Below are positions 23,490 through 31,330 of a DNA stretch of 32,000 nt, one piece after another; position 1 is the stretch's first letter; the number at the start of each line of letters is the position of its first letter. The stretch lies in NCBI GenBank assembly GCA_902384455.1, contig CABMCB010000011.1, positions 18,090 to 50,089 on the forward strand, given 5' to 3'. The notes beneath the pieces are model-generated. The model saw nothing but the letters and a program-made list of their open reading frames with translations. It was not told where the DNA came from and made no database searches. The translations under genes were made by a program, and so were the position numbers. The stretch is from an uncultured archaeon (lineage in GTDB: Archaea > Altiarchaeota > Altiarchaeia > IMC4 > SCGC-AAA252-I15).

Positions 23490-24200
23490 TTGGCGGATGA
23501 GCGCGTTAGGACGGGGGTTTCGGGTTTGGATGACGTGGTTAGCGGCGGTTTGATTAGGGGTCATTCTTATCTTGTTTCTGGTGCGCCGGGTACGGGGAAG
23601 TCGGTTTTGTGTTTGCAGTTTATTGTCAGGGGTGCGCAGGATTTTGGCGAGCCGGGTTTGTACATTACGGTTGAGGAGTCGGCTGATGACGTGAGGGATT
23701 ACGGGAGGCGTCTTGGGCTTCCGGTTGATGCGCTTGAGAAGGCGGGCAAGGTTGTGATTGTTGAGCAGCCGGTCCTTAAGGGGAGCGCTGTTTCCATGGA
23801 GTTCATTGAGAAGTTGATTGAGGATAATGGGGTCAAAAGGGTTGTTCTTGATTCGATTACTCTTTTCGAGTACCTTCACGGGGGGAGGGAGTTGTCCATG
23901 AAAAGGGACGTTCTGAAGTTCATGGATTTGATGAAAAAAAGAGGCGTGACTCTGATGGCAACTGCTGAGCGCAGTCACGCGGATGTTGACCGGCTTGTCT
24001 ACAGCATGGAGGACTTTCTTTTTGACGGACTCGTTCTTTTGTTGCGTTTGCGCTGCGAATCCGGTTTTGAGCATGCTTTGACTGTGCTTAAGATGCGGGG
24101 CGTAAGTCATAGTATGGGTATTCATCCCGTCGTCATAAGCGGGGGCGGAATCTCATTGACCGGAAGCAGGAAGGATTTGAAGGGAGGTAAGGTTAAGTGA
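23490..24200 (+). CDS. Single-domain KaiC/RecA-superfamily ATPase
   Basis: RVRTGVSGLDDVVSGGLIRGHSYLVSGAPGTGKSVLCLQFI contains the Walker A motif, and VVLDSITLFE is the Walker B region. It has a TTG start at 23490, with GGGGGG 6 nt upstream. Confidence 0.8.
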   Translation: MADERVRTGVSGLDDVVSGGLIRGHSYLVSGAPGTGKSVLCLQFIVRGAQDFGEPGLYITVEESADDVRDYGRRLGLPVDALEKAGKVVIVEQPVLKGSAVSMEFIEKLIEDNGVKRVVLDSITLFEYLHGGRELSMKRDVLKFMDLMKKRGVTLMATAERSHADVDRLVYSMEDFLFDGLVLLLRLRCESGFEHALTVLKMRGVSHSMGIHPVVISGGGISLTGSRKDLKGGKVK

Positions 24201-25222
24201 AGGAGGTTTGGGTTAGGGCTGACGGAAAAGAGCCTTGGGATGAGCGGAAGGAGAAGGTGACTTCTGCCCTTGAGTGCGGAGCGGACGCAGTGTGGGTTAA
24301 CGCAGGGGAGGAATCTAGCGTCAGGCGGCTGGGGAAAATCAGGGTCATAAGCGAAGGGAACGCGGCAGACATCAAGGTTGGGCGCGACGTCTATTATCGC
24401 GTGATTGAGAGGAAGGGGGACGAGCAGGCGATATCTAAGGCGGGGCACTCGCACGCTTATGTCGCGGTTAAGACCTCCAACTGGAAGGTTATTCCTCTTG
24501 AGAACCTCATCGCATCGCTTCAGGGAAAGAGCCGCATCATAGTCGAAGTGTCTGACGCCGAAGCCGCTAAAGTCGCGTTGGAGACTATGGAGGTTGGCGC
24601 TGACGGAGTTCTTGTTGACGCAGACAGAGGAGTAATAAACAGGGTGAAGTCTGCCGCTGACGACAGGAACAGGGAGAGGTTTCCTCTTGTTGCGGCTAAG
24701 GTCACTGCGGTAAAGTCAGTCGGCATGGGGGATAGGGTGTGCGTGGATACTGCGAGCATATTCACTTTGGGAGAGGGGATGCTTGTGGGCAGCCAAAGCA
24801 GCGCCCTGTTTCTCGTTCACAGCGAAACGCTCAAGACGGAGTACGTCGCAGCCCGCCCATTCAGGGTGAACGCAGGCGCAGTACACGCCTACGTAAGGCT
24901 CGCAGGAGGCAAGACTGAGTACCTGTCTGAGCTAAAGGCGGGAGACGACGTGCTTGCAGTCAACGCCAAAGGAGAAAGCAGAATCATGGTAGTCGGACGC
25001 TGCAAGATAGAGAGGAGGCCTCTGCTTCTTGTTGAGGCGGAATACGAAGGGAAAAAGATTTCGACGCTCCTACAAAACGCCGAAACCATTTGCCTTGTGG
25101 GCGAAGAAGGCAAAGCCATAAGCGTCTCTGCGATAAAGACAGGCGACAAAGTGCTCGTCCACATAGAGGAAGTTGGCCGCCATTTCGGAATGAAGATTAA
25201 GGAGACGATTAAGGAGAAATGA
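24197..25222 (+). CDS. aroB': 3-dehydroquinate synthase II (archaeal ADH-dependent DHQ synthase)
   Basis: 341 aa with strong end-to-end resemblance to the MJ1249 family. Matching blocks are [81 protein letters not shown] and [15 protein letters not shown]. The GTG start overlaps the kaiC-like stop (GTGA), with GGGAGGT upstream. Confidence 0.9.
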   Translation: MKEVWVRADGKEPWDERKEKVTSALECGADAVWVNAGEESSVRRLGKIRVISEGNAADIKVGRDVYYRVIERKGDEQAISKAGHSHAYVAVKTSNWKVIPLENLIASLQGKSRIIVEVSDAEAAKVALETMEVGADGVLVDADRGVINRVKSAADDRNRERFPLVAAKVTAVKSVGMGDRVCVDTASIFTLGEGMLVGSQSSALFLVHSETLKTEYVAARPFRVNAGAVHAYVRLAGGKTEYLSELKAGDDVLAVNAKGESRIMVVGRCKIERRPLLLVEAEYEGKKISTLLQNAETICLVGEEGKAISVSAIKTGDKVLVHIEEVGRHFGMKIKETIKEK

Positions 25223-25911
25223 GGAACAAACTGAGGAAGCTTAGGAGCCAGAATAAGGCGGTGTTCTACATTGCCGTGGGAGTTGTGGCATTGATGTTTT
25301 TGTGGACTGCTTATTCAGTGTTGCGCAACGGGCAGCACGGGCAATCCGTAGCTTCCCAATATAATTACGCTACTGCCACAACGAAAAGTTTAATGACTAC
25401 GTCTACAACCACCACAATTTTAAGCACAATGAAAACTACGTCAACACAAATCCCTCAGACTAAAACTCGGAGGGCGGCAGTATTGGAGACTGCTAAAGGC
25501 ACGATTACTTTCGTTTTATACGAGAATGAAGCCCCCGTTACAACCAAGAACTTCATAGGTCTTGTGGAGCGCGGGTTCTACAGGAACATGGTTTTCCACC
25601 GGGTTGTGCCTGGGTTCGTGATTCAGACCGGCGACCCCACGGGTACTGGCAGGGGAGGAAGTGATGCGACTATTCCTCTTGAAATCAGCAAGGCGCTAAC
25701 CCACGTCAAAGGCGCAGTGGGTATGGCGCGCTCAAACGACCCCGACAGCGCAAGCAGCCAGTTTTACATAACGTTGGATGACACGCACCAGCTTGACGGC
25801 GGATACGCAGTATTCGGGAAAGTAGTCTCTGGGATGGACGTCGTAGAAAGCATTAAGCAAGGAGACACGTTAATCTCCGTCCGGCTCATAAACTACACCG
25901 GCGACACATAG
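25219..25911 (+). CDS. Cyclophilin-type peptidyl-prolyl isomerase, N-terminally membrane-anchored with a Thr/Ser-rich linker
   Basis: It has a TM ([21 protein letters not shown]) and a linker [33 protein letters not shown]. The cyclophilin core shows [15 protein letters not shown] and SQFYITL...[11 protein letters not shown]. The ATG overlaps the upstream stop (ATGA), with AAGGAG upstream. Confidence 0.85.
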   Translation: MRNKLRKLRSQNKAVFYIAVGVVALMFLWTAYSVLRNGQHGQSVASQYNYATATTKSLMTTSTTTTILSTMKTTSTQIPQTKTRRAAVLETAKGTITFVLYENEAPVTTKNFIGLVERGFYRNMVFHRVVPGFVIQTGDPTGTGRGGSDATIPLEISKALTHVKGAVGMARSNDPDSASSQFYITLDDTHQLDGGYAVFGKVVSGMDVVESIKQGDTLISVRLINYTGDT

Positions 25912-26541
25912 ATGAACCTCACTTACCTTGGGCACGCGGGGTTCCGCCTCCAATCTAAAGAAGGAGTAATCTACTTCGACCCCTATCAGATAAAGAAACC
26001 CATAAACGACGGCGACATAGTGCTCGTAAGCCACAGCCACCGCGACCACTGCGACCCCGAAAGCATACTCGCAGTCTCAAAGAAAGACGCAGTCGTCATA
26101 GCGGCACAGAACGCCGCAGCCAAAGCGTCAGCTCAACATTCTGTTTCCGAAGGAAACGCCCTTTCAGTAGGCGGCTTCAAGATAACCGCAGTCCCAGCAT
26201 ACAACACAAACAAGCCATTTCACCCGCGCGGATTCGGCGTAGGATTCATAGTGGAAGCCGAAGGAAAACGCATATACCACGCAGGAGACACCGACGCCAT
26301 AAACGAGATGATGGAGTATGGCCCAGTCGACGTGGCGCTTCTTCCCGTGTCCGGAACATACGTGATGACGGCACCCGAGGCCGCAGAAGCCGCCAAGCTC
26401 GTCAAGGCGAAACTCGCAATCCCAATGCACTATGGGGAAGTAATAGGAAGCAAAGACGACGCCGTATTCTTCAAAAAGCTCCTTGAAAGACTTAATGGGA
26501 AAGTAGTAATCCTTAATGTTGGGGAATCGCTTGACGCCTAG
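25912..26541 (+). CDS. MBL-fold metal-dependent hydrolase (UPF0173-like)
   Basis: MNLTYLGHAGFRLQSKEGVIYFDPY...VLVSHSHRDHCD...YHAGDT...PMHY is the beta-lactamase-fold H-x-H-x-D-H pattern. The ATG directly abuts the upstream stop codon. Confidence 0.8.
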   Translation: MNLTYLGHAGFRLQSKEGVIYFDPYQIKKPINDGDIVLVSHSHRDHCDPESILAVSKKDAVVIAAQNAAAKASAQHSVSEGNALSVGGFKITAVPAYNTNKPFHPRGFGVGFIVEAEGKRIYHAGDTDAINEMMEYGPVDVALLPVSGTYVMTAPEAAEAAKLVKAKLAIPMHYGEVIGSKDDAVFFKKLLERLNGKVVILNVGESLDA

Positions 26542-26551
26542 TCGCTTGACG
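26527..26551 (+). repeat. 10-nt direct repeat TCGCTTGACG at 15-nt period, straddling the MBL gene stop codon
   Basis: The copies lie at 26527-26536 and 26542-26551, with the stop TAG at 26539-26541 between them. Confidence 0.7.
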
Positions 26552-26564
26552 GGAAAAAACGATT

Positions 26565-28223
26565 TTATTTTGCGAGCGTAGCTTCTGATTCGGACCTGAA
26601 TGTTTCCAGAAGCTGCCAGAACAAGAGGCGTGTTCTGTGGTTGTCCATTATGTCGTCTTTAGCGTGTTTTTTACCTTGCCGTCTGTTTTCGGCCGCTTCC
26701 TGCATTAGGCGGTGTACTGTGTGGACGCTTCCCATCCGGTATCCTTGAACGCCGTACAAAACCATGTCATTCACGTCTTGAGGGTCTGTGGGAATCTGCC
26801 CGTTAGGCTGAAGGTCGTTTGTGAAACCGTCCCTGTGGGCGTCAGCCAATACTTCAGAAACCCACCCTGCGCCTGCCGCAAAGTTTTGGATGGGATTGTC
26901 CCATTGGATTAGTATGTGACGGTTGGGGTCGAAGTTACGCCTCCTGCCCTCGGAGTCAGGCATCCCAGCTATGCGTCCCGCCCACGCTTGCGCGACAGTC
27001 TGTTCGCCTTCTCCCGTCTTAGCGGTTCCGAATGGGTAGGGAATCGTTACGAACGCGGTTTTGTCGTGCGTTTGTAATTGCTGGTCTTCACCTAACACCG
27101 GGATATACTGGGGCACCCTTATCAATGATTCTATTTCTTGGGCGTTTTGCGCTCGTGCTACAGACAAAACGACGTGGTCTAGCGGCAGGCTTATGAAACT
27201 GGTTGAGTTAGAGCCAATCTCCGTACGGACTTCATCAGGCAGACTCCCTCCCATATCAACCCACAAAGAAAGCAGGCGACGCTGACTTCTCCCGTCCCTC
27301 TCCCTTTCCGCCTGAGCGTAAGAACGCCCAAACCTCATCATGAAAGAAGACAGATGCTCCATTCCATACGCGGTATTGAACTCCATCAAACCTAAGTCGT
27401 ATGTTCCATTGCTGTTTGGGCCCTGCGTAAGAAGGCTGTCCCAGCGGGACTCTATGAATCCCATTGAAAGCAGAAACAACGGGTGCATCTGAGTTAAGCC
27501 TCCGATAATAGCGACATCGTCAGACGAAACTTTTGCGTAAGGCGCCGTCTGGCTCACCCTAAGTTTTTGTTCTGCCGCCGTCAAATGGCGTTCGTTTCTT
27601 CCCCTCATAATATGCTGCCTAGTATCGGCCGTGGACTGACTGAATCGGGCGATTAATTCAGCGTCAGAAAGAGGACTTCCTTCAACGTGGATTCTGGCAG
27701 GGTCATGAGGCATTGTGCCGTGAACCTTGCCTTGGGCGTCAATCATCTGCGCCCGACCCCCTAAGCTTTCAGTCAAATCGTAGACTGCAAATCCAGTCCA
27801 CCGCCTTAAGCCTGCGTCAGCGCCGTATTTGGCCAAATCAACGTCAAAAGAGAACTCCCCAACCTTCCTTTGTTCCGCAGGCGTGGGAGTTTCATGAACA
27901 GGCTTCGGAGTAAGGAGGTCCTTCAAAAAATGCCCTGCCCGATAAATGCCATATCCTACTACACCCAATCCCGCAAGAGTAAGGCCTATCCGTACTGGAA
28001 GTTGCCAAAGGAACTCCCTGCGGCTCATAATATCTTCATCGTCACCTGCAACATCAACCCGCGCCCGCCTCCTCCTAAAACGCCGGCTGTCAACGATGGA
28101 GGGGTCGCTAATCTCTCCTTGAGGTGGTCTTACGTCAGGCGGACGCTCATCCGAACCGCCGCCCCTAATCATACGTCCCCCACGAATCTCGAAGTCGTCG
28201 TCGGGAGGCTTATTCTGAGACAT
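26565..28223 (-). CDS. Membrane-anchored (RR-motif plus TM) protein with a diverged lytic-transglycosylase (SLT / goose-lysozyme-like) motif set
   Basis: The ORF-track start at 28253 is a TTG, and the first ATG is at 28223 (MSQNKPPDDD...). A charged N-terminus is followed by SRREFLWQLPVRIGLTLAGLGVVGYGIY. The external part then carries four motifs in order: LLSMGFIESRWD (E-S motif), DLGLMEF (GLMQ-like), WDNPIQNFAAGAGWVSEVL (NIxxGxxYL-like) and LYGVQGYRMGSV (AYNxG-like). About 165 aa are inserted between motifs II and III. Confidence 0.5.
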   Translation of the reverse strand: MSQNKPPDDDFEIRGGRMIRGGGSDERPPDVRPPQGEISDPSIVDSRRFRRRRARVDVAGDDEDIMSRREFLWQLPVRIGLTLAGLGVVGYGIYRAGHFLKDLLTPKPVHETPTPAEQRKVGEFSFDVDLAKYGADAGLRRWTGFAVYDLTESLGGRAQMIDAQGKVHGTMPHDPARIHVEGSPLSDAELIARFSQSTADTRQHIMRGRNERHLTAAEQKLRVSQTAPYAKVSSDDVAIIGGLTQMHPLFLLSMGFIESRWDSLLTQGPNSNGTYDLGLMEFNTAYGMEHLSSFMMRFGRSYAQAERERDGRSQRRLLSLWVDMGGSLPDEVRTEIGSNSTSFISLPLDHVVLSVARAQNAQEIESLIRVPQYIPVLGEDQQLQTHDKTAFVTIPYPFGTAKTGEGEQTVAQAWAGRIAGMPDSEGRRRNFDPNRHILIQWDNPIQNFAAGAGWVSEVLADAHRDGFTNDLQPNGQIPTDPQDVNDMVLYGVQGYRMGSVHTVHRLMQEAAENRRQGKKHAKDDIMDNHRTRLLFWQLLETFRSESEATLAK

Positions 28224-28268
28224 TAAACACCGCCTTAATAACCGTGCAAACAAAGCAAAAAAAGTGAT

Positions 28269-29678
28269 TTAACCTTTGACTACGCCAAGCGGCGTAAGGC
28301 GCGCGACAGAACGGGAAATTCCAGCAAGCTCCACGCTCCTTATGACTTCGTCCACATCCTTGTACGCCTCAGGCATCTCCTCAGAAAGCACGTCAACGCT
28401 TGCCGCTTTCACCACCATCCCGTCCTTAGCCATCTTGGAGGCCACCTGCGCGCCTTTAACCCGCCTCTTCGCCTCGCTACGAGACATTACGCGGCCTGCT
28501 CCGTGGCATGTGCTCCCGAACGTTTCTTCCATAGCAGTCTGAGTTCCAGTGAGCACGTAGCTTGCCGTCCCCATGCTACCGGGTATTATAACAGGCTGAC
28601 CGATGCTTCGGTACTCGGAGGGGATTTCTTTTCGGCCTGCTGCGAAAGCTCTTGTGGCGCCTTTCCTGTGGACGCAGACTTCGCCTACGCCAGCGTGTTC
28701 CTCGAATTTGGCTATGTTATGGCAGACGTCGTACATGAGGTCGAGTTGGGAGTCGGGGAAAATCTTTGCGAAAACCTGCCGGACATAATGGGTTATCGCC
28801 TGCCTGTTGGCGAAAGCATAATTCACGGCGCACCTCATGGCGGCAAGATAATCCTCCGCCTCCTTGCTTCCGACAGGAGCGCACGCAAGCTCGTTGTCCG
28901 GAAGACTTATTCCGTACCGCCTGCCGGCCTCAAGCATGACGCTTATGTAGTCGTCGGCGACCTGGTACCCGAGGCCTCTGCTTCCGCAGTGAATCATCAC
29001 CGCAATCTGGCCGACGTCGTTTAGGCCGAATGCGTGCGCTGTTTCTTCGTTGAGTATTTGGTCTACCCGCTGTATTTCAAGGAAGTGGTTTCCGCTTCCG
29101 AGCGTCCCGCATTGAGGAGCGCCTCTGGACTTGGCGCGGCTGCTAACCTTACTGGGGTTTGCGCCTTTGATGCGGCCGTTTTCTTCCGTGTGCGCAAGAT
29201 CTTTTTGGGTCGCCATGCCTTCTTTGATTAGGTATGCAGCTCCTTCGGTCAGGACGGAGTCGACGTCTGTTGCGCTAAGATGGAGTTTGCTTTTGCCGCC
29301 CAATCCACAGGGCACCGCATCGAACAATTCGTTTATGAGTTCCTTAAGCTTGGGTTTGACTTCTTTTTCAGTGAGGTTTGTTGTAAGCAGCCGTACGCCG
29401 CAGTTGATGTCGTAGCCTACTCCACCCGGGCTTATAACTCCTTCCTCAATGTTGAACGCTGCGACTCCGCCTATGGGAAATCCGTACCCGTAGTGGGCGT
29501 CAGGCATCGCAAGACTCTCTTTGACTATGCCCGGCAGCTTCGCGACATTAGAGACCTGCCTGTAAACGCCTTCCTCCACAGTCGGAAGAAGTTCACGGCT
29601 AACATAAATCCTGCCGGGAACACGCATACCCTCCTCACGGAACTCCCACACACCAGGCCGAATTTCTTTGGGCGTCAT
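28269..29678 (-). CDS. rtcB: RNA-splicing ligase RtcB (3'-phosphate/5'-hydroxyl RNA ligase)
   Basis: 469 aa. Motifs present are LAMPDAHYGYGFPIGGV, GYDINCGVR, GSGNHFLE, HCGSRGLG and STCHGAGR. There is no intein. Confidence 0.95.
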   Translation of the reverse strand: MTPKEIRPGVWEFREEGMRVPGRIYVSRELLPTVEEGVYRQVSNVAKLPGIVKESLAMPDAHYGYGFPIGGVAAFNIEEGVISPGGVGYDINCGVRLLTTNLTEKEVKPKLKELINELFDAVPCGLGGKSKLHLSATDVDSVLTEGAAYLIKEGMATQKDLAHTEENGRIKGANPSKVSSRAKSRGAPQCGTLGSGNHFLEIQRVDQILNEETAHAFGLNDVGQIAVMIHCGSRGLGYQVADDYISVMLEAGRRYGISLPDNELACAPVGSKEAEDYLAAMRCAVNYAFANRQAITHYVRQVFAKIFPDSQLDLMYDVCHNIAKFEEHAGVGEVCVHRKGATRAFAAGRKEIPSEYRSIGQPVIIPGSMGTASYVLTGTQTAMEETFGSTCHGAGRVMSRSEAKRRVKGAQVASKMAKDGMVVKAASVDVLSEEMPEAYKDVDEVIRSVELAGISRSVARLTPLGVVKG

Positions 29679-29733
29679 TTGAAGTAAAGTGATTTGAGCG
29701 GTAAGGGTATTTAACGGGGCTTGGGTTGGGACT

Positions 29734-31251
29734 TCACGTGCGCGAGGTCATGGGAGCAATTAATGAGTCGACTGGCGCATAGTCGTCGGTCAAAACCGGC
29801 ACGTCGTCCAATTGAACTTCGCCCTCATACAGAGTATTAATCTTCTTCAAAACGTCGCTTGAGTTTAGTCCCACGTCCGTTTTTTCTGCGCTTAAAATCA
29901 GGCGTTCTTTACCTAACCCGCCGTCTCTTGTTGTGAACGTGATTATCGTGCTTCTTTGGTTGGTGTCGTTTGAAGTGAAGTAGAAGACGTCGAGAGGGCC
30001 GAATACTTCCCGGTAAGTCTTGTATTCCGAGCGGAACATTAGGCCTTCTTCGCCGGATAGTGCGGACACTATTTCTGCGGCGAAGACTCCTTTTTCTGTG
30101 AGGTGGTCTTTTATGCTTTGAGCCATTTGTTTTGTGGTGAGGTGGAAGGGTATGGCGTGTGTTCCGCCGTATATGTCCAGTATTATTAGGTCGTATTTTT
30201 TGTCTGAATCCGAGAGATACATTCGGGCGTCTTTTTCTATTAGATTGATTCTGTCGTTGCCTGTTAGGCCGAAGTATTTTTCTGCTGCTGCGAGCACTTC
30301 CGGGTCTATGTCCACCACGTCTATTGTGGCGTTGGGGTGTAGTCGCGCGAGCTCTTTGGGTCCTGCGCCGCTTCCGCAGCCTAAGACGAGTATGTTGCGT
30401 ATCTGGGGTTTGTAGAGCCACGCGAGGTTGTAGTAGTCTACGTATTCGTAGAATGACGTGTTTGAGGGCATGCGTATTCCGCCTTGAAAGAGGCTTCCGA
30501 GCGCCAGCAGTCTCGTTGTTCCATTGGCGGCTTGATTGTCGGTCACCTGGAGGTATTCGTACGGCGTGTCTTTTGCCAGAAGAACGTGGGTGGAGTTGTT
30601 TTCCCCGAAAGCCAGTGGTGACGTTGATGTGACGCGGATGGATAGGTAAACGACTGAAGCAAGCACCATGAGTATGAGGCTTACGTCTCTTCCTCCGATG
30701 TAGATGCTTATTGCAAGGAGGAGCAGACTTGTTCCGTATACTATTGAAGTAACGCCAATGTAGGGGATTAGGATGAACCCGGTGGCAAGCGTTCCTATAA
30801 TGCTCCCTATTGTTGAGAGTGCTATCAAATTGCCTGCTGTTCGCCCGGTTTTCTCTAGCGCATTTATCTTTATTTTGAGGGCGAACGGCGTCACCATACC
30901 CAGAAAGTAGCTTGGCATGAAGAGGGCGACTACTGATGTTACTAGGGAACCCGCCTTGAATCCTGCGACGTTCTTAAGTATTGTTCCTAAGAAGACAGTA
31001 ATGTAAGGCATGAGGGCGACGAAAAATGCGGCGTAAAGTATGACTTCAGACAGTTTCTTGGGCGACGGATTCTCGTCTGCGAAAATACCCCCGCGGTAGT
31101 AACCTAAGCTTAATGCTGCAAGCACCACGCTTATCAGGCTAGTCCACACGAAAAGCGAGTTCCCGTAAATGGGCGCAAGAAGCCTGCTTGAAAGGACTTC
31201 AACAACCATGACTGCCGCCCCACACAGGAAAACAGTCGCCTTAAGCCGCAT
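29734..31251 (-). CDS. Membrane-fused spermidine-synthase-like (aminopropyl/methyltransferase-fold) protein
   Basis: An N-terminal domain of about 7 TM helices is followed by a SAM-fold domain: ILVLGCGSGAGPKEL, VDVVDIDPEV and YDLIILDIYGG, the spermidine synthase family pattern. Confidence 0.75.
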   Translation of the reverse strand: MRLKATVFLCGAAVMVVEVLSSRLLAPIYGNSLFVWTSLISVVLAALSLGYYRGGIFADENPSPKKLSEVILYAAFFVALMPYITVFLGTILKNVAGFKAGSLVTSVVALFMPSYFLGMVTPFALKIKINALEKTGRTAGNLIALSTIGSIIGTLATGFILIPYIGVTSIVYGTSLLLLAISIYIGGRDVSLILMVLASVVYLSIRVTSTSPLAFGENNSTHVLLAKDTPYEYLQVTDNQAANGTTRLLALGSLFQGGIRMPSNTSFYEYVDYYNLAWLYKPQIRNILVLGCGSGAGPKELARLHPNATIDVVDIDPEVLAAAEKYFGLTGNDRINLIEKDARMYLSDSDKKYDLIILDIYGGTHAIPFHLTTKQMAQSIKDHLTEKGVFAAEIVSALSGEEGLMFRSEYKTYREVFGPLDVFYFTSNDTNQRSTIITFTTRDGGLGKERLILSAEKTDVGLNSSDVLKKINTLYEGEVQLDDVPVLTDDYAPVDSLIAPMTSRT

Positions 31252-31330
31252 AAACGTATGATATGAGGGACAGAATATATTAGGGCAGGATGACGACGTT
31301 TTTTAGCCGGCATTACTTTTAGGATAAGTT

